Origin: an uncultured Acidimicrobiia bacterium
Lineage (GTDB): Bacteria > Actinomycetota > Acidimicrobiia > Spongiisociales > UBA11373
Length of the DNA: 64,000 bases
Direction: 5' to 3'
NCBI GenBank assembly: GCA_963796115.1
Contig: CAWCKE010000006.1
Coordinates: 24,409 to 88,408, forward strand
A program made the position numbers and the translations under genes. The notes under the pieces were generated by a model. That model did not search any database, was not told the origin of the DNA, and saw only the letters and a list, made by a program, of their open reading frames with translations. This document shows, one piece after another, positions 28,704 through 37,647 of the stretch (positions within the stretch are counted from its first letter, which is position 1; every line of letters starts with the position of its first letter).

Positions 28704-29276
28704 ATGAGATCAAAGATCTTCCGACCGACCATCCTGGGGCTGCTGGTACTGCTGGTCGTGGCGGGGAGCGCCCCCATCTTGGCGGCCGCCGACAACCCGG
28801 CCGTTGGACCGCGAGCCTCTGAGGGCTACACCGACCTGGTGGCCAACGGGACGGCCTGGGTCCCCGAGATGCGCAACCACTACCAGTTGTGGAAGTGGTT
28901 CGGCTGGGGGGTCGAGGCCAGGCTGAAGGCGGCGCGGGCGCCGGGGTACGAGTGGGTGCACATCCCGATCCCCTACATCTCGGTCGAGGAGGGCACCGCG
29001 GTCAAGCTCGACTACGTGGAGTTCTGTGCCAGGTCCTCCAACGGAGCGGCCACCAGGCCGGTCCAGATCGATCTGTGGGAAGACACAGCTGCCGGCGCCA
29101 CCCGTTTCTACACGGGGGCAGTCACGTGGACGGCCAACAACAACAGGCAGTGCTTCGGCGTCGACATCAACCCAGATGACTGGAAAGAGAGTCTGGGCAT
29201 GAGTGTGCAGCTGTATTTCGCCAACAGCACCGACAAGATCACCTTGTACAAGGCGTGGGCGCGCGTCAGGCCGTAG
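28704..29276 (+). CDS. secreted hypothetical protein (190 aa)
   Basis: ATG 28704 follows a GAGGGAGAGGGA RBS. Signal peptide MRSKIFRPTILGLLVLLVVAGSAPILAAA. Trp/Tyr/Asn-rich mature part. Locally A/T-richer codons (aacaacaacagg, tggaaagagagtctg) than its neighbours. Confidence 0.6.
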   Translation: MRSKIFRPTILGLLVLLVVAGSAPILAAADNPAVGPRASEGYTDLVANGTAWVPEMRNHYQLWKWFGWGVEARLKAARAPGYEWVHIPIPYISVEEGTAVKLDYVEFCARSSNGAATRPVQIDLWEDTAAGATRFYTGAVTWTANNNRQCFGVDINPDDWKESLGMSVQLYFANSTDKITLYKAWARVRP

Positions 29277-29297
29277 TCCCGGCAGCGTCTGGTCACT

Positions 29298-29327
29298 GGG
29301 AAGGGGGCCCCATCGGGCCCCCTTCCC
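29298..29327 (+). terminator. strong hairpin (13-bp perfect stem, 4-nt loop)
   Basis: gggaagggggccc / catc / gggcccccttccc, starting 22 nt after the stop at 29276. Confidence 0.6.
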
Positions 29328-29539
29328 TTGCGCCCGGGGCCCGGTAACCAGGCGACGAACCCTGAGCCCCTGCGGCAGGCAAAAGGAAGATCGGCCCGGA
29401 GCTTGCGCTCCGGGCCGATCCCGGTGGGTGTGCAGGCCCCCTAGGGGGGCGAGGGGGCCTGCGGGTGGGGCGCCACGAGGGCACCGATCCCGATAGTAGC
29501 CGGTTCTCTGGCCTCGCCAAATCCTCCCCGACAACTTCG

Positions 29540-29620
29540 GGCCGATCGCAGCCCCGTTCCTGAAAGCGCTTGCTACGAGGGCTTGTGGCCGATCGCGGTC
29601 CGGTTCCGGAAAGCGCTTGC
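29540..29620. repeat. two 34-nt imperfect direct repeats (30/34 identical), each ending in GAAAGCGCTTGC with the 8-bp palindrome AAGCGCTT
   Basis: ggccgatcgcagccccgttcctgaaagcgcttgc (29540-29573) and ggccgatcgcggtccggttccggaaagcgcttgc (29587-29620), 47-nt period. The second copy ends 38 nt before the hydrolase start. Confidence 0.75.
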
Positions 29621-29657
29621 GAGGCAATGCCCGGCCCCGCCGCCCTAGGCTGGCACG

Positions 29658-30575
29658 GTGTCCGTGGGCAGGCTGATCGGACGGGGTATCGGGGCGTGGG
29701 TGCTGTGGCGCCTGGCGGGGCCGCGGCCGGCGCCCCGCTTCCCGCTCGGGCAGGTGCGCCCGGCGGCGCCTGCCGGCCGCACGGTGGTGGTGGGCCGTCA
29801 TGAGTTCTTCGTCCGGGAGGCGGGACCGGCGGCCGGGCCGCCACTCGTGCTGATACACGGGTGGGCTTTCGACTCGCTCGCCGCCTGGCACGGGGTGATG
29901 CCCTTGCTCGCCGAGCGCCTGCGGGTGACCGCGGTGGACCTGCGGGCCCACGGCAAGACCGATCGGGTGCGCGAGCGCTGCGACGTGGAGGACCTGGCCG
30001 ACGACGTCGACGCCGTCCTCGATGCCCTCGGCGCCGGACGGGTGGCCGTGGTGGGCTACTCCCTGGGGGGCATGGTGGCCCAGGCCCTGGCCCGGCGGCA
30101 CCCCGCCCGGGTCGAGCGCCTGGTGCTGGCCGCCACCGCCGCCGATCCCCTGCCCCTCCCGCGCCCGGTGATGACCGCGGTGTTCCTCGTCGACCGGGCC
30201 CTCGCCCGCCTCGATCCCACCGGGCTCCCCCGGGTGCTCCACCGCTACCTGACCGGTTGCGGGGCCGTCCCTCCCGAGCACTCCGCCTGGCTCTGGGAGG
30301 CGCTGCTGAGTCGGGACGTGGACCTGCACCACGAGGTCGGCTTCGCCATGACGCGCTTCGACTCCCGGCCCTGGGTCGGGAGGCTCCGCCTCCCCGTCCT
30401 CTGCCTGATCCCCTCCCGCGACCAGCTGATCGCACCCGCCCGCCAGCGGGCTACGGCGGCCCTCATCCCCGGGGCTCGGACGGCGGAGATCGCGGACGCC
30501 CGCCACGAGGTCGTCTTCACCCACCCCGGCGAGGTGGCCGCCGCCATCCTGTCCTTCGTCGCCGCGGACGATTAG
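29658..30575 (+). CDS. alpha/beta-fold hydrolase
   Basis: LVLIHGWAFD, nucleophile elbow GYSLGGMVA, C-terminal ADARHEVVFTHP (catalytic His region). Confidence 0.85.
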   Translation: MSVGRLIGRGIGAWVLWRLAGPRPAPRFPLGQVRPAAPAGRTVVVGRHEFFVREAGPAAGPPLVLIHGWAFDSLAAWHGVMPLLAERLRVTAVDLRAHGKTDRVRERCDVEDLADDVDAVLDALGAGRVAVVGYSLGGMVAQALARRHPARVERLVLAATAADPLPLPRPVMTAVFLVDRALARLDPTGLPRVLHRYLTGCGAVPPEHSAWLWEALLSRDVDLHHEVGFAMTRFDSRPWVGRLRLPVLCLIPSRDQLIAPARQRATAALIPGARTAEIADARHEVVFTHPGEVAAAILSFVAADD

Positions 30576-30593
30576 TCGCGGAGGGTTGAGGCG

Positions 30594-31641
30594 TTGGCCA
30601 CCGACGTTGCCCCCATCCGGCCGGAGGAGCGCTTCGACGAGGCGCGGGTCGCCGCCTACCTGCGCGCGCACCTCGGGGATCTGATCGGCGGCTCGGCGAT
30701 CTCCTTCGCCCAATTCCCCGGGGGACGGGCGAACCTGACCTACCTCGTCCGGGCGGGGGACCTGGAGCTGGTGCTGCGCCGGCCCCCGCTGGGACCGGTG
30801 GCCCCCGGCAGCCACGACATGGCTCGAGAGCACGCGGTGCTCTCCGTTCTCCACGAGGCCTATCCGCAGGCGCCCCGCGCCTTCCTGCTCTGCACCGACC
30901 CGGAGGTGATGGGGGCCCCCTTCTTCGTGATGGAGCGGTGTCAGGGCACCGTGGTCCGGGAGACCTGGCCCTCCCGCCTGCCGGCCGACGAGGGGTTTCG
31001 CCGCCGCCTGGCGGCCAACGTGGTGGACGCCCTGGCCGCGCTGCACCGGGTGGACTATCGGGCGGTGGGGCTGGAGAGGCTGGGACGGCCCGGAGGGCTT
31101 CGTGGCGCGCCAGGTGGCCGGGTGGGTCGATCGCTGGGACCGGGCCAAGCAGCGGGACCTGTCGGCCATGGAGGACCTGGGCAGGTGGCTGGCCGGCGCG
31201 GTGCCGTCTCCGCAAGCGGCGGTGCTGCTCCACAACGACTTCAAGCTCGACAACCTGATGATCTCCGACCGGGCGGAGGTGGTCGCCGTGTTCGACTGGG
31301 ATATGGCCACCATCGGCGACCCGTTGGTGGACCTGGGCACCTTCCTCGCCTACTCGCCCCGGCCCCAGGAAGCCCTGCACGTCCTGCAAGGCGACAGCGG
31401 CACGGCCCTCTCCACGGCGATGAGCCGGGAGGAGATGGTGGAGCGCTACACGGCCGCCACCGGGTTCGACACGGGCGGACTGGACTACTACCTGGCCTTC
31501 GCCATGTACCGGACGGCGGTGATCCTCCAGCAGATCTACATCCGCTACCGGCGCGGGCAGACTTCCGACGAGCGCTTCGGCCCCCTCGGGGATCTGGTGC
31601 CGCAGGTGGCCGACGAGGCCTGGAGGCTGGTCGGCGGCTGA
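30594..31641 (+). pseudogene. APH-family phosphotransferase; one extra G near 31090-31096
   Basis: The N-lobe is in ORF 30594.. (FPGGRANLTYLV...FFVMERCQG). After LGRP the sequence continues in ORF 31102..31641 as EGFVARQVAGWVDRW...LLHNDFKLDNLM...FDWDMATIGDPLVDLG. Length 1048 = 1 mod 3. Confidence 0.8.
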
Positions 31642-31652
31642 GGGACCGGCGG

Positions 31653-32657
31653 TCAGTCGATGCCCTGCAGCTCCGCCTTGGCCGGGCGCCCCATCAACCC
31701 GGCGACCATGTCGGCCGGGAGGCGCTTGTCGTAAAGGACCGCGCCCACCATGGAGGCGATGGGCATCTCGATGCCGTGGCGCTCGGCGAGGGCCAGCACC
31801 GCCTCGGTCGTCTTGACCCCTTCGGCGACCATGTGCATGTCGGCGACGATCTGCTCGATGGGTCGGCCCCGTCCCAGCGCCACGCCGACCTGGCGGTTGC
31901 GGCTGTGCCGGCTGATGCAGGTGGCCACCAGGTCGCCCATGCCGGCGAGGCCGGCGAAGGTGAGGGGGCGGCCTCCCAGGGCCACCCCGAGGCGGGTGAG
32001 CTCGGCCAGCGCCCGCGTCATCAGGGCGGCGATCGAGTTGTCCCCGTAGCCCAGGCCGTGGGCCATGCCGGCGGCGATGGCCATGACGTTCTTCAGCGCG
32101 CCTGCCGCCTCACACCCGATCACGTCCGGGTTGGTGTAGACCCGCAGGGTCGGGCCCATGAAGAGGGCCTGGACGGCCAGGGCCTGCTCCTCGTCGCGCA
32201 TGGCCACCACGGTGGCGGCGGGCTGGCCGTCGGCTATCTCCCGGGCGAGGTTGGGGCCGGTGAGGACCCCGACCCTGCCGGGGTCGGCCCCCGTCTCCTC
32301 GAGGACGATCTCGGTCATCCGCTTGAGGGTCCCCTGCTCGATCCCCTTGGTGACGCTGACCACCGGGGCGCTCTCGGGGAGGCCGGGGGCGGCCGCTCGC
32401 AGCACCGCACGGAAGCCGTGGGAGGGCACCGCCATCACCACCAGCTCCGCGCCGGCCAGGGCCTCGGCGAGGTCGGAGGTGCAGGTCACCCGGGAGGGCA
32501 GGGGGTGGCCGGGCAGGAAGAGGGAGTTCTCGCCCGTGTCGCGGACGGCGGCCACCACTTCGGGCTCGCGGGCCCAGAGGCGCACGTCGGCGCGGACGGC
32601 GGCGAGGCGCGCCAGGGCGGTGCCCCAGGACCCGGCTCCGATCACGGCTACCCGCAC
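31653..32657 (-). CDS. gpsA: NAD(P)H-dependent glycerol-3-phosphate dehydrogenase
   Basis: GTG 32657 is preceded by a GAAGGAGG RBS. VRVAVIGAGSWGTALA, NPDVIGCEAAGALKNVMAIAAG, EGVKTT. Confidence 0.9.
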   Translation of the reverse strand: MRVAVIGAGSWGTALARLAAVRADVRLWAREPEVVAAVRDTGENSLFLPGHPLPSRVTCTSDLAEALAGAELVVMAVPSHGFRAVLRAAAPGLPESAPVVSVTKGIEQGTLKRMTEIVLEETGADPGRVGVLTGPNLAREIADGQPAATVVAMRDEEQALAVQALFMGPTLRVYTNPDVIGCEAAGALKNVMAIAAGMAHGLGYGDNSIAALMTRALAELTRLGVALGGRPLTFAGLAGMGDLVATCISRHSRNRQVGVALGRGRPIEQIVADMHMVAEGVKTTEAVLALAERHGIEMPIASMVGAVLYDKRLPADMVAGLMGRPAKAELQGID

Positions 32658-32734
32658 CTCGCCTCCTTCTCCGGGCGCCCACCGTAATCGGCCGGGCTGC
32701 CCTGCGCGGTTGGACATCGGGGGCCGGAGGCCGG

Positions 32735-33932
32735 TTACAGGCTCCAGGGAGCCGCAGTCGAGTCTGCTCGCCTGCTCGATGGCGGCCTGGTCGGTGGGCC
32801 AGATGAGGGTCACCGCCGAGGCCGCCGAGGTGCCCAGGATCGGATCGGCCGCGCCGAACCCGGGGAGGTAGGGGTAGTCGTAGCGCTCCTGGAAGTAGGT
32901 GATCCCATCCACGGTGGTCTGCCGGTACTCCCGCAGGGTGCCGTTCGCCAGGCAGGCAAGGCCGTTGGCGTTGGTGACCGATGCCCCGACGGCGAACTCG
33001 GCCCGAAGGCCCGTCTCGAGGGAGGCGATTTCCTCCATGCCGCAGGAGAGCCCGGTGGCGGGCGATCCCTCCGGTTCATACAGGGTGTAGAGGCCGACGA
33101 TGGCGGCATGGGCTCCCGAGCCCACCTGCACGAAGGCCTCGTCCACTCCGTCCCCGTTGATGTCGTAGCCCCCGATCGCTCGCGCCAGCGGGGTCGGCGG
33201 CAGTGCGATGTCGGCCCCGAAGCCGCCGTCGGTCTCGATGTGGGCCGTCCATCCCATCCCCAGCCCCCACACCCAGAGGGTGTCGGGGTGGCCGTTGCCG
33301 TCGAAGTCGCCGGCGGCCGACGTCGCGTTGGTCATGAGGGGTGGGAGGGGGTCGCCGCCGCTCCCGCAGGACAACTCGACCGTTTCGCAGTTGACGCCTT
33401 CGACATCCAGGCCGAGTCCGCAGTGGTCGCGCTGCGCCCCGGCATCGAGGTCGTCGCGGTAGCCCGAGTAGATCGTGTCCCGGCCGCTTCCCCCGCGCAG
33501 CACGCTGAAGCTGGTGTCGCGGGCTTCGATGAGGTCGTTGCCGCCTCCGCCCCGCACGGTGTTCGACCCCCCGACGGCGATGATCGTGTCGGCGCCGGCC
33601 CCGCCGAGGAGGACGTTGCCCGTGCCGGGGCCGCCCCGGAGGATGTCCTTGCCGGCGCCGCCGGAGAGGCGGTCCAGGCCGCCGTTCCCGGCCAGGTCGT
33701 CGTCGCCGCCCAGGCCGCAGATGCGGTCGTTGCCGCCCAGCCCGCGGATCGTGTCGTTCCCCGCGGTGCCCACGATCACGTCCGGGCCCGGCGTCCCGAG
33801 GGTGACGACACCCGGTGCCGCGTAGTCGGTCGGTGCCTTGCCGAAGCACAGGCCCACCGACCCGGCCGGCAGGGCGGCCAGAGGAGTGAGCAGGGCCGCC
33901 AGGGCCAGGACGAGGAGAGCCTTTCCGCGCAT
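32735..33932 (-). pseudogene. secreted calcium-binding (RTX GGxGxD repeat) plus FG-GAP/VCBS-like protein; no in-frame stop before gpsA as sequenced
   Basis: Signal peptide MRGKALLVLALAALLTPLAALPAGS. Repeats GTAGNDTIRGLGGNDRICGLGGDDDLAGNGGLDRLSGGAGKDIL. GDFDGNGHPD and GGYDINGDGVDEAF motifs. The ORF runs on into gpsA. A TAA at 32735-32737 is in the +1 frame, reachable if one C in tccc just upstream is spurious. Length to that TAA is 1198 = 1 mod 3. Confidence 0.65.
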
Positions 33933-34041
33933 CGTCGCTCCTTCCGTTCAGGCCCGACGCTAGGCCCTGCCGGGGCCCGATGACGGCCCGCGCGTCGCGA
34001 TCCTTGCTTTTCGCGTTCTCGGGGGCGAGTCTGGGGGACGC

Positions 34042-35367
34042 GTGGCCGCCGCAGCCCAAACCCTCACCTACGTGCTCGACACCTGCGTGTTGCTGGCCGA
34101 CCCGACCGCGCCGATCCGTTTCGAAGAGCACCAGGTGGTCCTTCCCCTGGTGGTCGTCGAGGAGCTCGACCGCCAGAAGGGCCGCATGGACGAGGTGGGA
34201 GCCAATGCCCGCCGGGCCATCCGCTTCCTGGAGGAGCTCGGTGCCTCGGAGCCCGGAGGACTGCGCGAGGCCATCGGCCTCCCGTCGGGAGGGACGCTGC
34301 GGATCGAGCCCAACGGAGTGGCGTCGGACCGCCTGCCGGAGATCCTCGACCCGCACACGGCCGACCACCGCCTGCTCTCGGCCTGCCTGAGCCTGTCGGA
34401 GCACGGGGCCGACACGGTGCTGGTCACCAAGGACGCCGCCCTGCGCATCAAGGGGGCCCAACTCGGGGTGACCGTCCAGGACTACCGGGCCGACACGGTG
34501 GCGGTGGACGAGTCCTACTCGGGGGTGGCCGAGGTCAGCGTGGGGCCGGAGGTGATCGATCGCCTCTATGCGGACGGCAAGGCGACCCTGCCCGGGGAGG
34601 GCCTCCACATCAACCAGTTCGTGGTGCTCAAGGGGAGCCCCTCCCACTCGGCGCTCGGCCAGGTGGCGCAGGACCGGCCGGAGACGGTGGTGGTGCGCGT
34701 CCCGGGATCCCGGCGCGCCTTCGGCATCGAGTCGAAGAACCTCCGCCAGGCCTTCGCTCTCGACCTGCTCCTCAACCCCGACATCCCAGCCGTCTCGATC
34801 ATGGGACCGCCGGGGACGGGCAAGACCTTCCTGGCGCTGGCCGCCGGCCTGGAGCAAGTGCTCGAAGCGGAGCGCTACCGCAAGGTGTCGGTGTACCGCC
34901 CCCTCATCGCCGTCGGCCGCCAGGAGGTGGGCTACCTGCCCGGCGACCTGGACGACAAGCTCGCCCCTTGGATGGCGGCGATCTACGACAACCTGTTCGC
35001 CCTGTTCGCCGACGGAGGGCCTATGGCCGCCCGCCACGCGCTCGACGAGTTGCTCGAGCGGGAGGCGCTGGAGATGGCGGCCATCACCTACCTGCGGGGA
35101 CGTTCGATCACCGGGGAGTTCGTCATCATCGACGAGGCGCAGAACCTGGAGCTGCCCACCCTCAAGGTCATCCTCACCCGCATCGGCTCCGATGCCAAAG
35201 TGGTCTTCTGCGGCGACTTCACCCAGGTGGACAACCCCTACGTCTCCCCGTTCGGCGGTGCCGCCGCCCTCATCGAGAAGCTGAAGGGCCACTCGCTGTT
35301 CGGCCACGTGACGCTGGAGCGCACCGTGCGCAGCCCGCTGGCCGAGATGGCGACCAACCTGCTCTGA
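34042..35367 (+). CDS. phoH2: PhoH2: N-terminal PIN-domain RNase fused to a PhoH-like ATPase
   Basis: PIN signature YVLDTCVLLADP...VVLPLVVVEELD. PhoH Walker A GPPGTGKTFLA, Walker B FVIIDEAQN, and FCGDFTQVD. Confidence 0.9.
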   Translation: MAAAAQTLTYVLDTCVLLADPTAPIRFEEHQVVLPLVVVEELDRQKGRMDEVGANARRAIRFLEELGASEPGGLREAIGLPSGGTLRIEPNGVASDRLPEILDPHTADHRLLSACLSLSEHGADTVLVTKDAALRIKGAQLGVTVQDYRADTVAVDESYSGVAEVSVGPEVIDRLYADGKATLPGEGLHINQFVVLKGSPSHSALGQVAQDRPETVVVRVPGSRRAFGIESKNLRQAFALDLLLNPDIPAVSIMGPPGTGKTFLALAAGLEQVLEAERYRKVSVYRPLIAVGRQEVGYLPGDLDDKLAPWMAAIYDNLFALFADGGPMAARHALDELLEREALEMAAITYLRGRSITGEFVIIDEAQNLELPTLKVILTRIGSDAKVVFCGDFTQVDNPYVSPFGGAAALIEKLKGHSLFGHVTLERTVRSPLAEMATNLL

Positions 35368-35404
35368 ACACCACCCGGCCCGGCCGATCGCTACCGTCGC
35401 GGCC

Positions 35405-36679
35405 GTGAGCCATCCGCCCTCCCCCGTCCCCGGAGGACCGGGGGCCCGCCCCGGTCTGGCCCGGCGCACCGCCCGCGCCGCCCTGGTGCGGGCAGATGCC
35501 GTCTTCAGCCAGAAGGGCCCGGCGTTCAAGCAGCTGGCGGTGTCGTGGGCCGCCAACGTGGCCGGCGACACCCTGGTGACGGTGGCCCTGGCCGGCACGC
35601 TGTTCTTCGACGTGCCGTCGGCGCAGGCCCGTGACAAGGTGGCCCTCTACCTGCTGCTGACCATCGCCCCGTTCACCATCGTGGCCCCGGTGCTCGGCGC
35701 CGTGTTCGGCCGCCACCCTGCCGCCTTCCGGGCGGTGCTCACCGCAGCCTCGGCCCTGCGCGCGGTGGTGGCAGTGATCATGACCTTCGGCCTCACCACG
35801 CTGTGGCTGTTCCCCCTGGCCTTCACCCAGCTGGTGTTCTCGCGGCTCTACGGCATCTCCAAATCGAGCATGCTCCCGGTGGCCCTCCCCGAGCCGGTGG
35901 CCCTCGTCTCGGCCAACGCCCTGCTCGCCCGCCTCGGCATCTACGCCGGGGGGCTGGCGGCGCTGGTGGGAGCCGGCCTCGCCCAGCTGCATGTTTCGGT
36001 CGCGCTGGTGGCGGCGGCCCTGGTCTATCTCTTCTCGGCATTCACCGGCATGGGCCTGCCCAATCCGCGGTCCTCCTCGGCCGCTCAGGCCCAGGCGCCG
36101 GCGGCGCCCTCCCTGGAAGCCTTCCGCCAGTCGGTGCGCAGCCTGCGCCTCTCCCGGCTGGCCACCGCGGTGGTGCGCCTGCTCAACGGGTTCTTGCTCG
36201 CCCTGCTTGCCTTCGAGTTCAAGGACACGGGCGGGATAGCGGACTTCGGGGCCCTGATCGGGGCGGCGGGGATCGGCTTCGGCCTCGCCTCCTTCGTCTC
36301 GCCCTGGCTGGAGCGGCGCTTGCGGGAGGAGCCGATGGTGGTAGCCGCCCTGGCAGTGGAGGCCGCGGCCGCCTTCATCTCCGGCCAGTTCTTCAGCCTG
36401 TGGGCGGCGGCCCTGCTCGCCGGGGCGGCCGGGCTGGCCTCGGGCACGGCCAAGTTCGGTTTCGACGCCCTGTTGCAGAGCAGGGTCCATCCCGATCGGC
36501 GGGGGACGGCCTTCACCCGCTCCGAGACTCTCTTCCAGCTGGCCTGGGTGGTGGGGGCGATGCTGCCGGTGGCGATCTCCATCCCGGCCGAGGTGGGCCT
36601 GGCGGTGGCCGGGGTGGTGGCCCTGGCCGCGCAGACCGTCTTCGTATCCCGCTTGCTGATGGAGCCCCGCTCGCGCTAG
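35405..36679 (+). CDS. MFS-type multi-pass membrane transporter
   Basis: 424 aa with about 10-12 hydrophobic helices in two halves separated by a hydrophilic loop (PNPRSSSAAQAQAPAAPS). Confidence 0.65.
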   Translation: MSHPPSPVPGGPGARPGLARRTARAALVRADAVFSQKGPAFKQLAVSWAANVAGDTLVTVALAGTLFFDVPSAQARDKVALYLLLTIAPFTIVAPVLGAVFGRHPAAFRAVLTAASALRAVVAVIMTFGLTTLWLFPLAFTQLVFSRLYGISKSSMLPVALPEPVALVSANALLARLGIYAGGLAALVGAGLAQLHVSVALVAAALVYLFSAFTGMGLPNPRSSSAAQAQAPAAPSLEAFRQSVRSLRLSRLATAVVRLLNGFLLALLAFEFKDTGGIADFGALIGAAGIGFGLASFVSPWLERRLREEPMVVAALAVEAAAAFISGQFFSLWAAALLAGAAGLASGTAKFGFDALLQSRVHPDRRGTAFTRSETLFQLAWVVGAMLPVAISIPAEVGLAVAGVVALAAQTVFVSRLLMEPRSR

Positions 36680-36867
36680 GCGTCCACGGAGAGGGACATG
36701 CGGCGCAGCAAGGCGGCGAAGGCGGCCAGCGCGGTGAGGCGGGGGACGAAGGCGAGGGCGACCACGGCGCCCACGACGGCGGGGACCACGCCCACCCGCA
36801 GGACCGGGCTTCCGGAGGGGGAGCGGAGGGTGAGGGTGCGGTTGAGGGCGGGGCGGGTGTCGGTCAT
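36676..36867 (-). CDS. 63-aa small membrane protein (hypothetical)
   Basis: Lies in an otherwise 265-nt gap. Nearly every codon ends in G/C. One TM helix VGVVPAVVGAVVALAFV. Weak RBS. Confidence 0.4.
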   Translation of the reverse strand: MTDTRPALNRTLTLRSPSGSPVLRVGVVPAVVGAVVALAFVPRLTALAAFAALLRRMSLSVDA

Positions 36868-36944
36868 CGCCGCCCGAGGCTAGTGGACGGCGGCCCGTGC
36901 CGGGGTCGCCATAGCCGCCGGCCGGCCGGTACGGTTAGGCCTCC

Positions 36945-37370
36945 ATGGATGTCCCTCCCGAGATCCGCCGGGCGATGGTGGCCCACGCCCTCTTCTGCGA
37001 CCCGGAGGAGGCCTGTGGGCTGCTGGCCGCCGACGAGGAGGGCCGGCTGCGCATGGCCTACTGCCTGGGCAACGCCGATCGGTCGCCGGTGACCTACAGC
37101 CTCGACCCGCAGGAGCACTTCCGGGCGCTGCGCCACGCCGAGGCCAACGGCTGGCACCTGGCGGGCGTCTTCCACTCGCACACGCACAGCCCGGCCCGTC
37201 CCTCGCCGACCGACGTGGCCCAGGCCTTCGAGCCGGACTGGCTGTATGTGCTGGTGAGCCTCGAAGACCGCGACGCTCCGGAGGTGCGCGGCTTCTGGAT
37301 CAGGGACGGGAAGGTCGAGGAGGAGCCACTCGCCGCGAGCGCGAGAGCGGTCATGGAGGTGTCGCAGTGA
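36945..37370 (+). CDS. mec: JAMM/MPN+ metalloprotease Mec (CysO C-terminal processing/de-conjugating enzyme)
   Basis: EACGLL and the JAMM motif HSHTHSPARPSPTD. GTGA overlap with cysO. Confidence 0.85.
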   Translation: MDVPPEIRRAMVAHALFCDPEEACGLLAADEEGRLRMAYCLGNADRSPVTYSLDPQEHFRALRHAEANGWHLAGVFHSHTHSPARPSPTDVAQAFEPDWLYVLVSLEDRDAPEVRGFWIRDGKVEEEPLAASARAVMEVSQ

Positions 37371-37642
37371 GCGTCGAGGTGAGGATCCCCACCGTCCTTC
37401 GCCCAAAGACGGGCGGGCAGGCAGTGGTCTCTGCCGAGGGGAGCACGGTGCGTGAGGTGCTGGCCGCCGTCGAGGCCGCCCATCCCGGTTTCGGGCCCAT
37501 GGTGCTGGAGGCGAGCGGCGCCCTGAAGAGGTTCGTCAACATCTTCCTGGACGACGAGGACGTGCGTTACCGGCAGGGCCTCGACACGCCGGTCCCCGAC
37601 GGCTCCACCCTGGTCATCCTGCCGGCCGTCGCCGGGGGCTGA
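37367..37642 (+). CDS. cysO: MoaD/ThiS-family sulfur carrier protein CysO
   Basis: 91 aa ubiquitin-like protein ending in VAGG*. Confidence 0.85.
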   Translation: MSVEVRIPTVLRPKTGGQAVVSAEGSTVREVLAAVEAAHPGFGPMVLEASGALKRFVNIFLDDEDVRYRQGLDTPVPDGSTLVILPAVAGG

Positions 37643-37647
37643 GCCCG

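Noticed and set aside
31653-33932. A genuine fusion protein of the secreted RTX domain and GpsA.
   Set aside because: gpsA has its own strong RBS and GTG. A Sec signal on a cytoplasmic NAD(P)H enzyme is implausible. A +1-frame TAA fits the window-wide insertion-error pattern.
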